Shown here in pieces: positions 19,701 to 28,906 of a stretch of 44,450 nucleotides of DNA. This stretch comes from a virus (taxonomy: Duplodnaviria > Caudoviricetes), in IMG/VR virus record IMGVR_UViG_3300032216_001173, positions 1-44,450 of that record. One strand, given 5' to 3'. Under the pieces are notes generated by a model that was given only the letters and a program-made list of their open reading frames with translations, made no database searches and was not told the origin of the DNA. Both the position numbers and the translations under genes were made by a program. Position 1 is the first letter of the stretch. Each line of letters opens with the position of its first letter.

Positions 19701-20828
19701 AGTAACGACATTGAAGATGGCGCTTACAGCGTGCTGCTTTGGGATGGCACGAATCAAATCCAGGAAACAACGCTCACGATCTCAAGCGGAAAGGCCGTGG
19801 GCCAGGGTCAAGCGGTCTTCACCATTGCCGAGCTGGCTGCCACTGAGCAGACGTACAAAGTCCAGTCGATGGGCTTCAACGAGGATGGCAATATCAACGT
19901 GGTAGCGCTCCACTGGCCCACTGACGCCAGCGGCTACAGCGCAGTCTCGGCCGGCTGGGATGTCACGGGCAACTGGACCATCGAGGGCGCCATTGGCTCT
20001 ACTGACGCCCCCGGCACCATCACCCCATCATTCTCTGGGGTCACGATCATTGGCGCCAGCAGCCTGACCGTGGGGGTGCCGAGCAGCTACTCAGCGGTGG
20101 TGAGCGGCACCGGCACCGGTTACTCCTATGCCTGGAGTGGCACGGGCCTGACGTTCGGAAGCGCTACCTCAGCGGTCACGACAATCACCGCCACCAGCAG
20201 CGGGGCCAAGACCGCGAGCTGTGCTGTCACTCGCGGCGGCGTCACGATCACCGGCACGCAGGCCATTGCCGCGCTCGCAACCACCGGAACCACGGCAATC
20301 GGCACGGTGACGATCTCAGGCGCCACCACCGGCACCGGTGCCCCGTCATCCATCTATTCCGCTGCAATCTCTGGCACTGCTACCGATCTGGTCTATTCGT
20401 GGTCGGCACCGGTTGTGCCTACCTCCAGGGCCGTGACATTCAGCGCCACAAATGCCCAGGCGCCGACCATCGCATTCAGCGGCACTGGCACCTACACCCT
20501 GCAGTGCCGGGTCTCGAGCTTCTCTGCTACAGATCGAGTCGTTGATCTGCCGGTGACGTTCACCATCACCACGGACACCGCCACCGCAACGGCCCATGGC
20601 CTGCTGGCTGATGATGAGGTCAGCTTCGTCGCCACCACGGGCACACTGCCCACCGGCCTGGCTGAGCGCACCGCCTATTTCGTTCGCTCAGCTGGATTGA
20701 CTGCCAACGCTTTCACCGTGGCGACAACGCCAGGGGGCACAGCGATCGATATGACCGGCACGGCCACCGGCAGTTACCGGGTCAACAGACTGGGCAAGAC
20801 GGACCTGCATACGGTGGTTATTTCGTGA
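16761..20828 (+). CDS. Central tail fibre/host-specificity protein (gpJ-like) with C-terminal Ig-like domains
   Basis: 1355 aa; LGSTVPVVW, YFWDG, FNSGNIVEESFK; Thr/Ser-rich YSYAWS Ig-like repeats. Confidence 0.75.
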   Translation: MLGKRHARLLLPIDHQIIEAVGFTEAEYLEYLQLQEQLSRTRPAGPVALFGIDDAILIGIAINIALTAAAYLLTPRLKSSPGSPGQLRQNDQRGLRLVDRAEFAPKAGISSSQDVVELGSTVPVVWTNRETIDGVTYGGVRVNCPLLWSQMVSLGGSQMLRAVYLLGEAPITGVDPTQFAFGENLLSSYDLGSAGDASARVTIYHRPNGGRIRATDRIAGRLAANDPGNAEANGAADVFQVRGLNNEWVPATCYSYSPSSQTTFGLYAPIGNGLGFRLNPVLRSARTLSIVQAPTKSQRDDGYSMIECSPDPSAVVQRMKNDANNDSRGYLSAHRRAGATITITGTAVALQVGDEVDYLLDKATSAEDYYESRKYREPKGDIASAVAGRQRQWDDSIVVGESYRIGSAMAVCKSRTPSDDIFRSDVQSQPVGGGVSITATFAIVTAGATEFPGTRNGKCGSDAPHIMRMARATIAVPQPAQVIEIGGKSTVGIRVSGFCNLKDAPSYTQIDLNACDIYDKQLLAPNQILDATSFQSGTITQIETRYSFWRLRYRIAGSSAAWSQFPQLMGVAGSTQQQQYWFNRIEFPSRQRWEVEYQPVSGWEIRSGTATGDLVVIDARLSSLLTLTDGTAVVRVPGSFLPRQQSKFQIPCTIPAAGNIGIPYVDDSNIVDGWGRLAEQFVYEEFSASTSSPEHEIVYVNVIDIAPTTPSYDNLALVAVNIRSGSEATTLGQFSAYVNQAMAASHSFPDLLAAGLTNERYGVGSILSPLQVGTTSFVAAATWTRNRRYFWDGTLPKPVNFRQWGNDTAALFLLDLVTRNGVSYLQPAVLFDEAEQITGIFNSGNIVEESFKLSYFPQQDRQRIRVSVKWREERAAVGDGSNRGLFPVIREVTVREAGTSATAPIESIDMSDFCTSERHAIDVAKLKCRLKRLSTHQVDLTTIPQQATLVPGRCFRLAMETVSYAKPRNGAILADGTVLASNDIEDGAYSVLLWDGTNQIQETTLTISSGKAVGQGQAVFTIAELAATEQTYKVQSMGFNEDGNINVVALHWPTDASGYSAVSAGWDVTGNWTIEGAIGSTDAPGTITPSFSGVTIIGASSLTVGVPSSYSAVVSGTGTGYSYAWSGTGLTFGSATSAVTTITATSSGAKTASCAVTRGGVTITGTQAIAALATTGTTAIGTVTISGATTGTGAPSSIYSAAISGTATDLVYSWSAPVVPTSRAVTFSATNAQAPTIAFSGTGTYTLQCRVSSFSATDRVVDLPVTFTITTDTATATAHGLLADDEVSFVATTGTLPTGLAERTAYFVRSAGLTANAFTVATTPGGTAIDMTGTATGSYRVNRLGKTDLHTVVIS

Positions 20829-21205
20829 GCGTTGCATTCCCCGCGATTCGTCCTGCCAGCCGGGATTACGAGCCGCCGGCCGTGCCGGTCGCTGAATCAA
20901 GGTCCGTAGCTGGTGCCACCTTTCGGCGGCAGCGGGGGAGCCTAGCGGTGGATGCTGCCCTGACGCTCCGGTTCGACACCAGGCCCGTGACCGACTGGGA
21001 TCTGATCGAAGCGGCCTGGCTTGACAGCCGCTGCGGCATGGTTGAGCTGATCCTGCCCCCAGAGGTCTGGGCTCCTGATGTGGCGCCGGTGTTGCCTGGG
21101 CTGCAGTGGCGCTTCATCCCTGACCAGAAGCCAACCCGATCACAGGACCGCGACCTGGCCGGCCGGGTGAATATCGCTGTCCAGCTCAGGGCAATTGCTG
21201 TCTAG
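20825..21205 (+). CDS. Distal tail protein (gpM/Dit-like)
   Basis: FPAIRPASRDY...LTLRF...WRF; GTGA overlap. Confidence 0.6.
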   Translation: MSVAFPAIRPASRDYEPPAVPVAESRSVAGATFRRQRGSLAVDAALTLRFDTRPVTDWDLIEAAWLDSRCGMVELILPPEVWAPDVAPVLPGLQWRFIPDQKPTRSQDRDLAGRVNIAVQLRAIAV

Positions 21206-21228
21206 CCTGAGGCAAAGGGTCGAGGGCA

Positions 21229-21609
21229 ATGGCAGTCTTAACCAGTCGAGATGCAGAGCTCCGGCTGGATGGTGTCGCCATCGCCAAGGCCAGGGATGTG
21301 AGCCTGTCGCTCACCAGCGATCTCAACGAAGACACAGCACTGGGCCAGGATTCGCGGACCTACATCTATGGCCTGCGCAGCTATTCCGGATCCTGCACCC
21401 TGCAGTACGACCGCAGCAGCCAGGCCAGCACCATCCTGCAGCAGGCGCTCACCGCCACCGATGCTGAGCACGATCTTCAGCTGATCTTGATTGATCGCAG
21501 CATTGGTGGGTCCGTGCTGTTTGGCCAGGTCGGGATGTCCGTTTCGGTGGGCGACATCGTGCAGTGCTCGGTGAGCCTGACGTTCAATGAAATCGCCGGG
21601 ACGGTCTGA
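21229..21609 (+). CDS. Tail-tube-like (gpV-fold) minor tail protein
   Basis: EDTALGQDSRTYIYGLRSYSGS, VSVGDIVQCSVS. Confidence 0.65.
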   Translation: MAVLTSRDAELRLDGVAIAKARDVSLSLTSDLNEDTALGQDSRTYIYGLRSYSGSCTLQYDRSSQASTILQQALTATDAEHDLQLILIDRSIGGSVLFGQVGMSVSVGDIVQCSVSLTFNEIAGTV

Positions 21610-22655
21610 TGTCTCTGCTCGGCACCGGCGGAGAGCTGGAGCTCAGCCGGGAAGCACCACCGCTCACGATCGTCACTGATGCCAGGTTTGACTCTGGCAA
21701 GTTGTGGTTGAGCGAGCCGGGGTACTGGCCTGGTGATCGCGTGCTGCTGAGCTGCGCTCGGGGCCTGCCGATTGACAGCAACGCCGATGGCTACGCCGAT
21801 TGCCCAGATGGCCACCGCCATTGGGGCGGCCAGGGCATTGCAGGGCCAGCAACCGCCCACCGCAGCAATGATGCTGGTGCCTACTGGGCATCCAGCAATT
21901 CCGCAGCGTTCTGGGAATCAGCGGCCTCTACTGGCCTGACAACGCAGCTGGCCTGCTATGCCGGCCGGGACACACTGGGCCGCTTGTCGTTCTATGACAG
22001 CGAAATCAATGCAGTCAACGGGTCCACCACTGGCAGATTGTCGCTCACCGGCGTTGCATTTGGTGCCCTGATCATTGCGCCATGGCAGGCAGCAGCGGCA
22101 TTCCAAGCGGCGCTGGTCAGCTTGGCGGAAACCGTGCGGGCCTTGCTGCCACTGAGCAAACCAGAGCAGTCTGTGGAGTCGCTCACGGCGATCCCTGATG
22201 CGCTGGCATCGCCTGATCTGATTGGCTGGCGGATCCAGGCGCAGCTGGCGGAATGGACGCTCGATCAGGAGGGCGGAACTCAGGATGTCACCGCACTGTC
22301 CGAGGGCTACGGGGACAGCGTGAAGGCGTTGGTGCGTGGGTCTGGCAGCCTGCAATTCGACATTGACCGCACCTACCGCAGCGGCTACCAAGACAGCACC
22401 GCCCTGCTGCGGCTGGTGATGATGTTGGACCGCGGCTGCAAGACTCGCGCCAGGTTTTACCTGTGCCGTGATCAGGCGGCTGACCCCACCACCTCCAACC
22501 CAACACGCGAGCCAAAGCTCGGCGGCTCCCTCTGGTACGAGGCCGACCTGCTGCTGGCCCGCACCGGTGTGCAGACCGCAGCCTCCAAGCTGATCGCCGG
22601 ATCGGCTGCCTTCCTGGTGCTGGGAGAAACCCAGCTAAAAATGGGCAGCACCTGA
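21609..22655 (+). CDS. Minor tail protein with C-terminal tail-tube-like segment
   Basis: WTLDQEGGTQDVTALSEGYGDSVKALVRGSGS resembles the preceding protein. Confidence 0.6.
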   Translation: MSLLGTGGELELSREAPPLTIVTDARFDSGKLWLSEPGYWPGDRVLLSCARGLPIDSNADGYADCPDGHRHWGGQGIAGPATAHRSNDAGAYWASSNSAAFWESAASTGLTTQLACYAGRDTLGRLSFYDSEINAVNGSTTGRLSLTGVAFGALIIAPWQAAAAFQAALVSLAETVRALLPLSKPEQSVESLTAIPDALASPDLIGWRIQAQLAEWTLDQEGGTQDVTALSEGYGDSVKALVRGSGSLQFDIDRTYRSGYQDSTALLRLVMMLDRGCKTRARFYLCRDQAADPTTSNPTREPKLGGSLWYEADLLLARTGVQTAASKLIAGSAAFLVLGETQLKMGST

Positions 22656-22705
22656 GATCAGAGTCAGGAGCTTGATTCCTAGCATTGAACAGCTAGGGGT
22701 ACCGT

Positions 22706-25700
22706 GTGGCGATCGTCAAGAAGGCAGCCGAGACCGGCAGTTGGCCACTGGCCACCAGCCAAGCGACCGCCAAGGAGCAACTCTCAGCGGCTCTTGATGG
22801 TCTGCGTCAGCTGATCGGCAACGCCAATATCGCCCCCGGCAGCAGTGAATCCACGGACCCACTGACGGCGCCGTTCGTTCTGTACGTCAACCCATACATC
22901 GGCCGGGATACATTTGCAGCAGGCAGCTACAACACAAAAGAAGCAACCGGCACGACTGAGCAGATCGTCGCGCAAAAACTCAAGCGGCTTGAGAATCAGC
23001 GGCTGACCTGTGGTTACACCAGGCACGCACCATTCAGAACAATCAACAGGGCCGTCATTGAAGCGGCAATCATCACCAGCAAGAACTGGTACATCAATGA
23101 TCCCCTCGCGCACGTTGATTGCGTGTGCATTGTGCTGGCCCCTGGCTTACATATCGTCTACAACAACCCAGCATCAGAAGGCACGGCGGTTTCGACCGCG
23201 TGGACGGATGGCTTTGAGCCAACTGCCGCACAACTGATTGGATTCAACCCCAGCGAAGGTGGAGTCCTGGTCCCCCGTGGCGCCTCAATCCTTTCTGAGT
23301 TCGGCGATCTACGTCACACCATCATTCGCCCAAACTGGATCCCGAGCGGCAATGTGGACGAGGCCCCCACCTATGCCGATGGTGTCGCCACTTATGCGTT
23401 GAGGCGCCAGATCTTCAAGACCACCGGTGGCGGCTATGCCTACGGCCTGACGGCCATGGACAAGCTGTCGAGCACCGACACCCATCACCTGCTGGCCGTG
23501 TTTGGCCATGCAACGAAGGCCGAGCTGGATGCGTTCTACGCCAATGTCTATATTGCTTGCGGCTCAGGCGGCAACCTGAGCCAGGCCCTGCTGGCAGCCC
23601 GTGGCAGCGAATACACCATCGCCGCACCGATCAGCGGCACACCCACGCAGGCATGGGATTCGACTGCAGCGGCGTCGTTCTATGTGTTCCAGTGCAGCAT
23701 CCGCAGCAATTACGGCATGGGCCGGCTGTGGGTTGATGGGTCCAAAGTGGCGGGTTTCAAATCTTTTGTCTGCGCCAACTTCACAGGTGTCAGCCTGCAG
23801 AAATCCATCTCAGAGCAGGGCGACATGCGCTGCTGGCAGAAATACAGCGGCGGCGCCTGGGTTGCGGTTTCCAATTATCAGGACTACATCACCCAGGCCC
23901 CTGACAACATCAGGATGAATCCGGCCCGGCGCAGTGTCGGGATCGGCGTGATCAATGAAGGCTTTGTCCAGAAGGTTTCAATCTTTGACATTGGCGAAGG
24001 TGCCCAGAGCTTTGTTGACACCGGCGGTGAGATTGACAGCAACAACGGAAACAGCAGCTTTGGTGGTTGCGCTGGCATCGCCAAGGGTTACCGGCGTGCT
24101 GCACTTCCTAGCGATAAGTCTTGGCAAATCAGCGCAATTAAGGTGCCGCTTTCCGTTGAGGCAAAAACCGGCAATGTCCAGCGTTATTACCTGGGGACGA
24201 TCGCATCGTTCACGTCCTCCACCATCACCCTAACTACTGCCCTGGCCTCCTATGGCAGCAGCTTGACGGTGCCAGATCTGCTCGGACAGAACGGCTACAG
24301 CCTGCCGTCTGGCAGCTATCTCTGGGTTGAGAATCCCACCGGCGCCGACTGGCGAGCAGCAGCAACCGCCAGCGCCTGGTCCAGCTCCATCCCGGCCCAG
24401 CTCAACATCACATCAGCGCTCACCGACCCAAGCGGCGGCGCTGTCGGCGTCGGCGGCAATGGCGTATCCCTGGCCCTCGGTGCCAGGGTCTATGTCAGGC
24501 GGCTGGTTGATACCCGCACGCCGGCAGAGCGGCGGCTGTCAATCAAGCTCAGCAACACCACTGCAGCTCGCATCCCGGCGGCGTCAGCGGTGCTGCAAAC
24601 CGATGCCACATCGTCAACGATCGCCCGCACCCTCAGCGGCTCCACCGAGATCCTGCTGGTCACCGCCACCGGCGTTGGTGACACCCCAGGCAGCGGCGTC
24701 CTGAAGACGGCTGAGGTAACCCTGAGGCGTGGTGGTAGCACGGTCAACTACGCCAACGGCACCACTTACCGGGCAGGGACGGTGGTCCTCTACGGCAACA
24801 AGCACTACATCAACAGCAAGGAGCTGACGACCGCCAGCGCAACTCCCGACCCGACGCTGTGGCAGGAAACGTTCGTCCATATGGAGAGCACCTTTGCTCC
24901 TGAGGACAATCTCAAAAACGAAGCACCGATCATCGTTTTTGACATTGACACCGATGGCGCCGAAGACACTACAACCTGCGGCATCACCTGGTCGACGGTG
25001 TGGACATCATCAACACCGGCCTTCAACCTAAAGATTCAAAGCCAATATCAAACCGGCACTGATTATCTCGGGGCCTTCCTGCTGCTGACGGCCCTGGGCT
25101 ATTCAGCGTCCACCGCCAATGCGGCGCTGGTGCCCAGGCTGGAAGCCGCCAGGAGCCGTAATCCTGGGCTCACCTCCAACCCAGCCACCACCCTGGCGCT
25201 CAGCAGCACCTCCCCGACAGGCGGCGCAGCCAACGCAGCGGCGAACTGGCCGGTGGAGTTCAGGCGGCCCAGCACCCTGTGGATGGGCTCTCATCGCTGG
25301 TTTGGCAGCGGCCTGGGTAACTATTCCAAAGCCGTTCCTGCCGCTGCGCAGGATATGAGCGCTCAGAACCGATTCACCTACTACTTCACCAGCCAAGGCG
25401 GCGGCCGGGTGATCCCCCAAGGCGCCCAGGAGGATGGGCTACTGGTGTCGGCTCGCGGGCTAGAGGACACCACCACCGGGCAAACTCTGACCGTTGAAAA
25501 CATTGGCGCTGGCGACATCAACACCAGCCAGAGCAGCACCGTCTCGACCCTAACGGTTACCGGCCAGTTCACGGCTAGCGGATCATCGGCATTCTCTGGC
25601 CCAATCTCATTCACCAACCAAGCTGGGCAGGCTGGACAAACTACCAGTCTGGGCGTCACAAGATTGGCACCATTGGCCGAACTGCAAAAGACAGGCTCGG

Positions 25701-27553
25701 CTGCAACGGTCGCAACATCGGACAGCACGATCAACTCCACTCCCGAAGCCGTCACAGTTGCGGGCCTTAATGCCTGGAAGAGCGCCAATCAGTTGGTGTC
25801 GGCCTTGGCTGGCACGCTCACCATCTATGTGGATGGCACAAAGAGCGACCGCAACTTGACCAGCATGTTGGCCACGCCGCCAACCGATAAAGCAGCCGCT
25901 GTGCCATCCCTGGCCCGTGCCGCCGAGTACGCCAATCAGATCCTCTCGGGCACCGAGCAGACGGCAGTAATTAAGATTGCCGCTGCCGCTAACGCCACGG
26001 CAGCGGATGCTGGCAATGGCCATTATTTCCCAAACTCGACCTGGACATGCAATGTCAGATTTGAAGCCTGGAATAGTGACTTCTCAGCAATGCCATATCC
26101 CACCACTACCGTTGGCACTTCATCGGTTGCAAATAATTGTTATGACGGCAAGGGCTATGACGATGCAACCCTGATTCCACAGTTCCTGTCATTCAGGCTT
26201 GGCATTGCTTCAGCGGTGTCAGCTGGGACCACCGGGGGGGTCACGAACCTGTACATAGCATGTACCCCATATCAAATGACGTTTGAAAAGTCGTTTGCGT
26301 TTGTTGGCGGTTTTGCATTCCTTGGGCTTGCCGAAATTATTAAGTGGGTTTCAAAGGGAATATCAGCAAGAGCCGCTTCTTTTGTATATGCTCTCCCAAC
26401 CGGGGTCGCAGTTACTGGACTTACCTATGATTCAAGCAATCTCACCACAAATGTTGACGCATTGCTTGCCAGCATCAGGACTGCAACTGGGTTTACTGGG
26501 AACTTTTCAACTTATATTGGCGCTCCGGTAATGCGGACAAACTCGCGAGCCACTGATACTGCGAAGATCGCAGACTGCATCTTTGGCCCTGGCCTGCCAT
26601 CACACAAAGACAATCTAGGCAACGTCACGCGTCCGCCTTATATTGACATTTGCAGCGAAGTAAAGATACAGACAAAAAACATCTATCTTCGTGGTAACAC
26701 TAAGATCACAAGTGCTGGCATTGGCTGCACAAGCTCAATCGAAAACTCGGGAGTCAGGCACTACGGCACAGCAACTGTCGCAACTCCATGGACCTTTACC
26801 CAATTCCATCACACCTTTATTGGTAGCACAACTGGAAGCACCATCAACATTGACGCTCTTGGTGCGGTATTTGGCTCTGATCTGTCCTACGTCAACACTG
26901 GTGAGTCCGGTGTCGGTGCTAGTACCTACAGCTACTATGCCGACAAAACTGGCAAGCTGCTTCCCAATCATATTCACCTCCTTACTAATAGCTCGACAAC
27001 CAGCACCCTGGCCTATCCATCTGATAACGACAGTGGCCCATTCCTTGACCAGTTCATTCACGCGAGATCAGATATTTTATTCAATTCAGTATTCACCAGC
27101 TCCTTTGCTGGCAGTTCAACGCAGCCAGTACGTCAGGGCTTTATCGGCCGGTTTGGCTCTAATGGGCATAACACGACCAAAACGCGGGGCGTACTACTGG
27201 GTAACGCCATCACAGAGCAAGAAGGTGGGGTGACGGTGTCACTAGGGATCACGACCCCAGTAAGCACTATTTTTTTCAAAGTGGGCTCGGCAAATACCGT
27301 GGCTGCTGGCGTGATAGGCGAGCTGGCATTGCCTTATGAAGCGGGAGCGACAGATGCCTATGGCGAGGCGTACCCCATTGGCAACTCAACAGAGGCGGGG
27401 GCCATATCAACAACCAACCCAACAAACCCTGTTATTGCAAGAAGAGATAACGGCTCAACGACCCTGCAGCTCAACCTGGGCGGTCGTAGCTGGAGGGCTG
27501 GCATCAGCCGGCAATACGGCTCCAATATCCGCCCTCGCAACATCGCCATCTGA
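22706..27553 (+). CDS. Large tail spike/fibre (putative receptor-binding protein)
   Basis: 1615 aa; LYVNP...PFRTINRA beta-helix-cap-like motif, NGNSSFGG, fibre repeat, second cap-like motif; AT-richer C-terminus. Confidence 0.75.
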   Translation: MAIVKKAAETGSWPLATSQATAKEQLSAALDGLRQLIGNANIAPGSSESTDPLTAPFVLYVNPYIGRDTFAAGSYNTKEATGTTEQIVAQKLKRLENQRLTCGYTRHAPFRTINRAVIEAAIITSKNWYINDPLAHVDCVCIVLAPGLHIVYNNPASEGTAVSTAWTDGFEPTAAQLIGFNPSEGGVLVPRGASILSEFGDLRHTIIRPNWIPSGNVDEAPTYADGVATYALRRQIFKTTGGGYAYGLTAMDKLSSTDTHHLLAVFGHATKAELDAFYANVYIACGSGGNLSQALLAARGSEYTIAAPISGTPTQAWDSTAAASFYVFQCSIRSNYGMGRLWVDGSKVAGFKSFVCANFTGVSLQKSISEQGDMRCWQKYSGGAWVAVSNYQDYITQAPDNIRMNPARRSVGIGVINEGFVQKVSIFDIGEGAQSFVDTGGEIDSNNGNSSFGGCAGIAKGYRRAALPSDKSWQISAIKVPLSVEAKTGNVQRYYLGTIASFTSSTITLTTALASYGSSLTVPDLLGQNGYSLPSGSYLWVENPTGADWRAAATASAWSSSIPAQLNITSALTDPSGGAVGVGGNGVSLALGARVYVRRLVDTRTPAERRLSIKLSNTTAARIPAASAVLQTDATSSTIARTLSGSTEILLVTATGVGDTPGSGVLKTAEVTLRRGGSTVNYANGTTYRAGTVVLYGNKHYINSKELTTASATPDPTLWQETFVHMESTFAPEDNLKNEAPIIVFDIDTDGAEDTTTCGITWSTVWTSSTPAFNLKIQSQYQTGTDYLGAFLLLTALGYSASTANAALVPRLEAARSRNPGLTSNPATTLALSSTSPTGGAANAAANWPVEFRRPSTLWMGSHRWFGSGLGNYSKAVPAAAQDMSAQNRFTYYFTSQGGGRVIPQGAQEDGLLVSARGLEDTTTGQTLTVENIGAGDINTSQSSTVSTLTVTGQFTASGSSAFSGPISFTNQAGQAGQTTSLGVTRLAPLAELQKTGSAATVATSDSTINSTPEAVTVAGLNAWKSANQLVSALAGTLTIYVDGTKSDRNLTSMLATPPTDKAAAVPSLARAAEYANQILSGTEQTAVIKIAAAANATAADAGNGHYFPNSTWTCNVRFEAWNSDFSAMPYPTTTVGTSSVANNCYDGKGYDDATLIPQFLSFRLGIASAVSAGTTGGVTNLYIACTPYQMTFEKSFAFVGGFAFLGLAEIIKWVSKGISARAASFVYALPTGVAVTGLTYDSSNLTTNVDALLASIRTATGFTGNFSTYIGAPVMRTNSRATDTAKIADCIFGPGLPSHKDNLGNVTRPPYIDICSEVKIQTKNIYLRGNTKITSAGIGCTSSIENSGVRHYGTATVATPWTFTQFHHTFIGSTTGSTINIDALGAVFGSDLSYVNTGESGVGASTYSYYADKTGKLLPNHIHLLTNSSTTSTLAYPSDNDSGPFLDQFIHARSDILFNSVFTSSFAGSSTQPVRQGFIGRFGSNGHNTTKTRGVLLGNAITEQEGGVTVSLGITTPVSTIFFKVGSANTVAAGVIGELALPYEAGATDAYGEAYPIGNSTEAGAISTTNPTNPVIARRDNGSTTLQLNLGGRSWRAGISRQYGSNIRPRNIAI

Positions 27554-27555
27554 CC

Positions 27556-27732
27556 ATGCCAATCCCATCTGACCCCGACTACATTTCACCTGCACCTGCG
27601 CACGTCCAGGCTCATTCCCAGCTATTTCACACACTGCTAGCGATGAATGACGACCCGTATCAGCCGTACAGCTATTCACCTGAAATGATCATGCAAATCC
27701 AAAGCACCCTGATTATTCCAGCGGAGAGCTGA
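27556..27732 (+). CDS. Small hypothetical protein (58 aa)
   Basis: Not in track; starts 2 nt after spike stop; MPIPSDPDYISPAP... Confidence 0.55.
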   Translation: MPIPSDPDYISPAPAHVQAHSQLFHTLLAMNDDPYQPYSYSPEMIMQIQSTLIIPAES

Positions 27733-27772
27733 TCGCCAGGACTCAATAGCCTGGCGCATACGCACCCCAACC

Positions 27773-28483
27773 ATGGCCGACGCGATCAGACTTTCAAGCG
27801 CTGCAGAACACACTGAGCGCCCGCCGTTACCGCATCAGCTAGCAGCATGGAATTGGCTGCAGGAGCAGACATCGGATCACATCGCCCAGTTTGCCGAAAT
27901 GTATCGGGCTGGCCCACCAAAGCCGGCGGCACCTGCTGTCAGCAATCCGCTGAGTGGGTTTCCCTATTTCAGCCAGATCTCTGCTGATGGCTCTGATGGA
28001 AGCAATGGCTGGCGGCAGTGCCAGACATCAAGTCTGGCTATGTGTCTGGCCTATATGAAGGTCAAGGGGATCAATGATGACACCGACTATCTGCGGATCG
28101 TCAACAAATACGGCGACACCACAAACCAGGCCACGCACCAAGCAGCACTGAAGTCGCTGGGCATCAATGCACGTTTTGTGACTAACTGCTCAGCCGATCA
28201 GCTCAAGTCCGAGCTTCGCGCTGGTCGGCCGGCCGCTATCGGGGTCCTGCACCATGGGACCCCGAGCCACCCCACCGGCGGCGGCCATTACATTGCGGTC
28301 AAGGGCTTCACTGACAAAGCCTGGATCGTCAATGATCCCTATGGCGAGCTTGACCTGGCCACCGGCACATGGGCCCGCCAGGGTGGTAGTTCTGGCGAGG
28401 GTCAGCACTACTCATTCGCCAACCTCAACCCCAGGTGGGTGGTCGAGGGCGGTAGCTCGGGCTGGGCCTGGCTGTTCTCCTGA
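27773..28483 (+). CDS. C39-like cysteine peptidase, putative endolysin
   Basis: PYFSQ, QCQTSSLAM (Cys), GGHYIAVKG (His), VNDPYG (Asp); end of late region. Confidence 0.8.
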   Translation: MADAIRLSSAAEHTERPPLPHQLAAWNWLQEQTSDHIAQFAEMYRAGPPKPAAPAVSNPLSGFPYFSQISADGSDGSNGWRQCQTSSLAMCLAYMKVKGINDDTDYLRIVNKYGDTTNQATHQAALKSLGINARFVTNCSADQLKSELRAGRPAAIGVLHHGTPSHPTGGGHYIAVKGFTDKAWIVNDPYGELDLATGTWARQGGSSGEGQHYSFANLNPRWVVEGGSSGWAWLFS

Positions 28484-28621
28484 AGTCGTCGCATCAGGCC
28501 TGCTCGGTCCCGGCCCTGCAGGCATTTGCCACCTGAGCAGATCTCCCAGCAACAACCGCCGGCAGCATCAATGCCCACCCTGATGGCCTGATCAGACTGG
28601 GCTAATGGCTGTGGTTCTCTC

Positions 28622-28906
28622 ATGTCTGGCAATCCCCCTGGCTGGTGGCTTGATCCATCAATCAGTCTGAGCAGGGAGCTCGATCTGGAGAAAGCCAGGC
28701 GATCGATCCCGAAGATGCACCGGCACGACCTTGAGGCCCGACTGGATTCGGCGCTGGTTCACGTCGCGACCATGGACAACCTGCTCAGGCAGGCCCTGGC
28801 CCGCGTCTCCGAGCTGGAGCTGCGCGAGGTGGCTGGGCGGCAACCGGCCGATCGGCACCACCAATGGGTCAGAGAAGTGCTGGCTGGGTTGGGATTAAAA
28901 GGCTGA
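28622..28906 (+). CDS. Hypothetical protein
   Basis: Helical 94-aa ORF convergent with the sigma gene and overlapping its 3' end. Confidence 0.6.
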   Translation: MSGNPPGWWLDPSISLSRELDLEKARRSIPKMHRHDLEARLDSALVHVATMDNLLRQALARVSELELREVAGRQPADRHHQWVREVLAGLGLKG

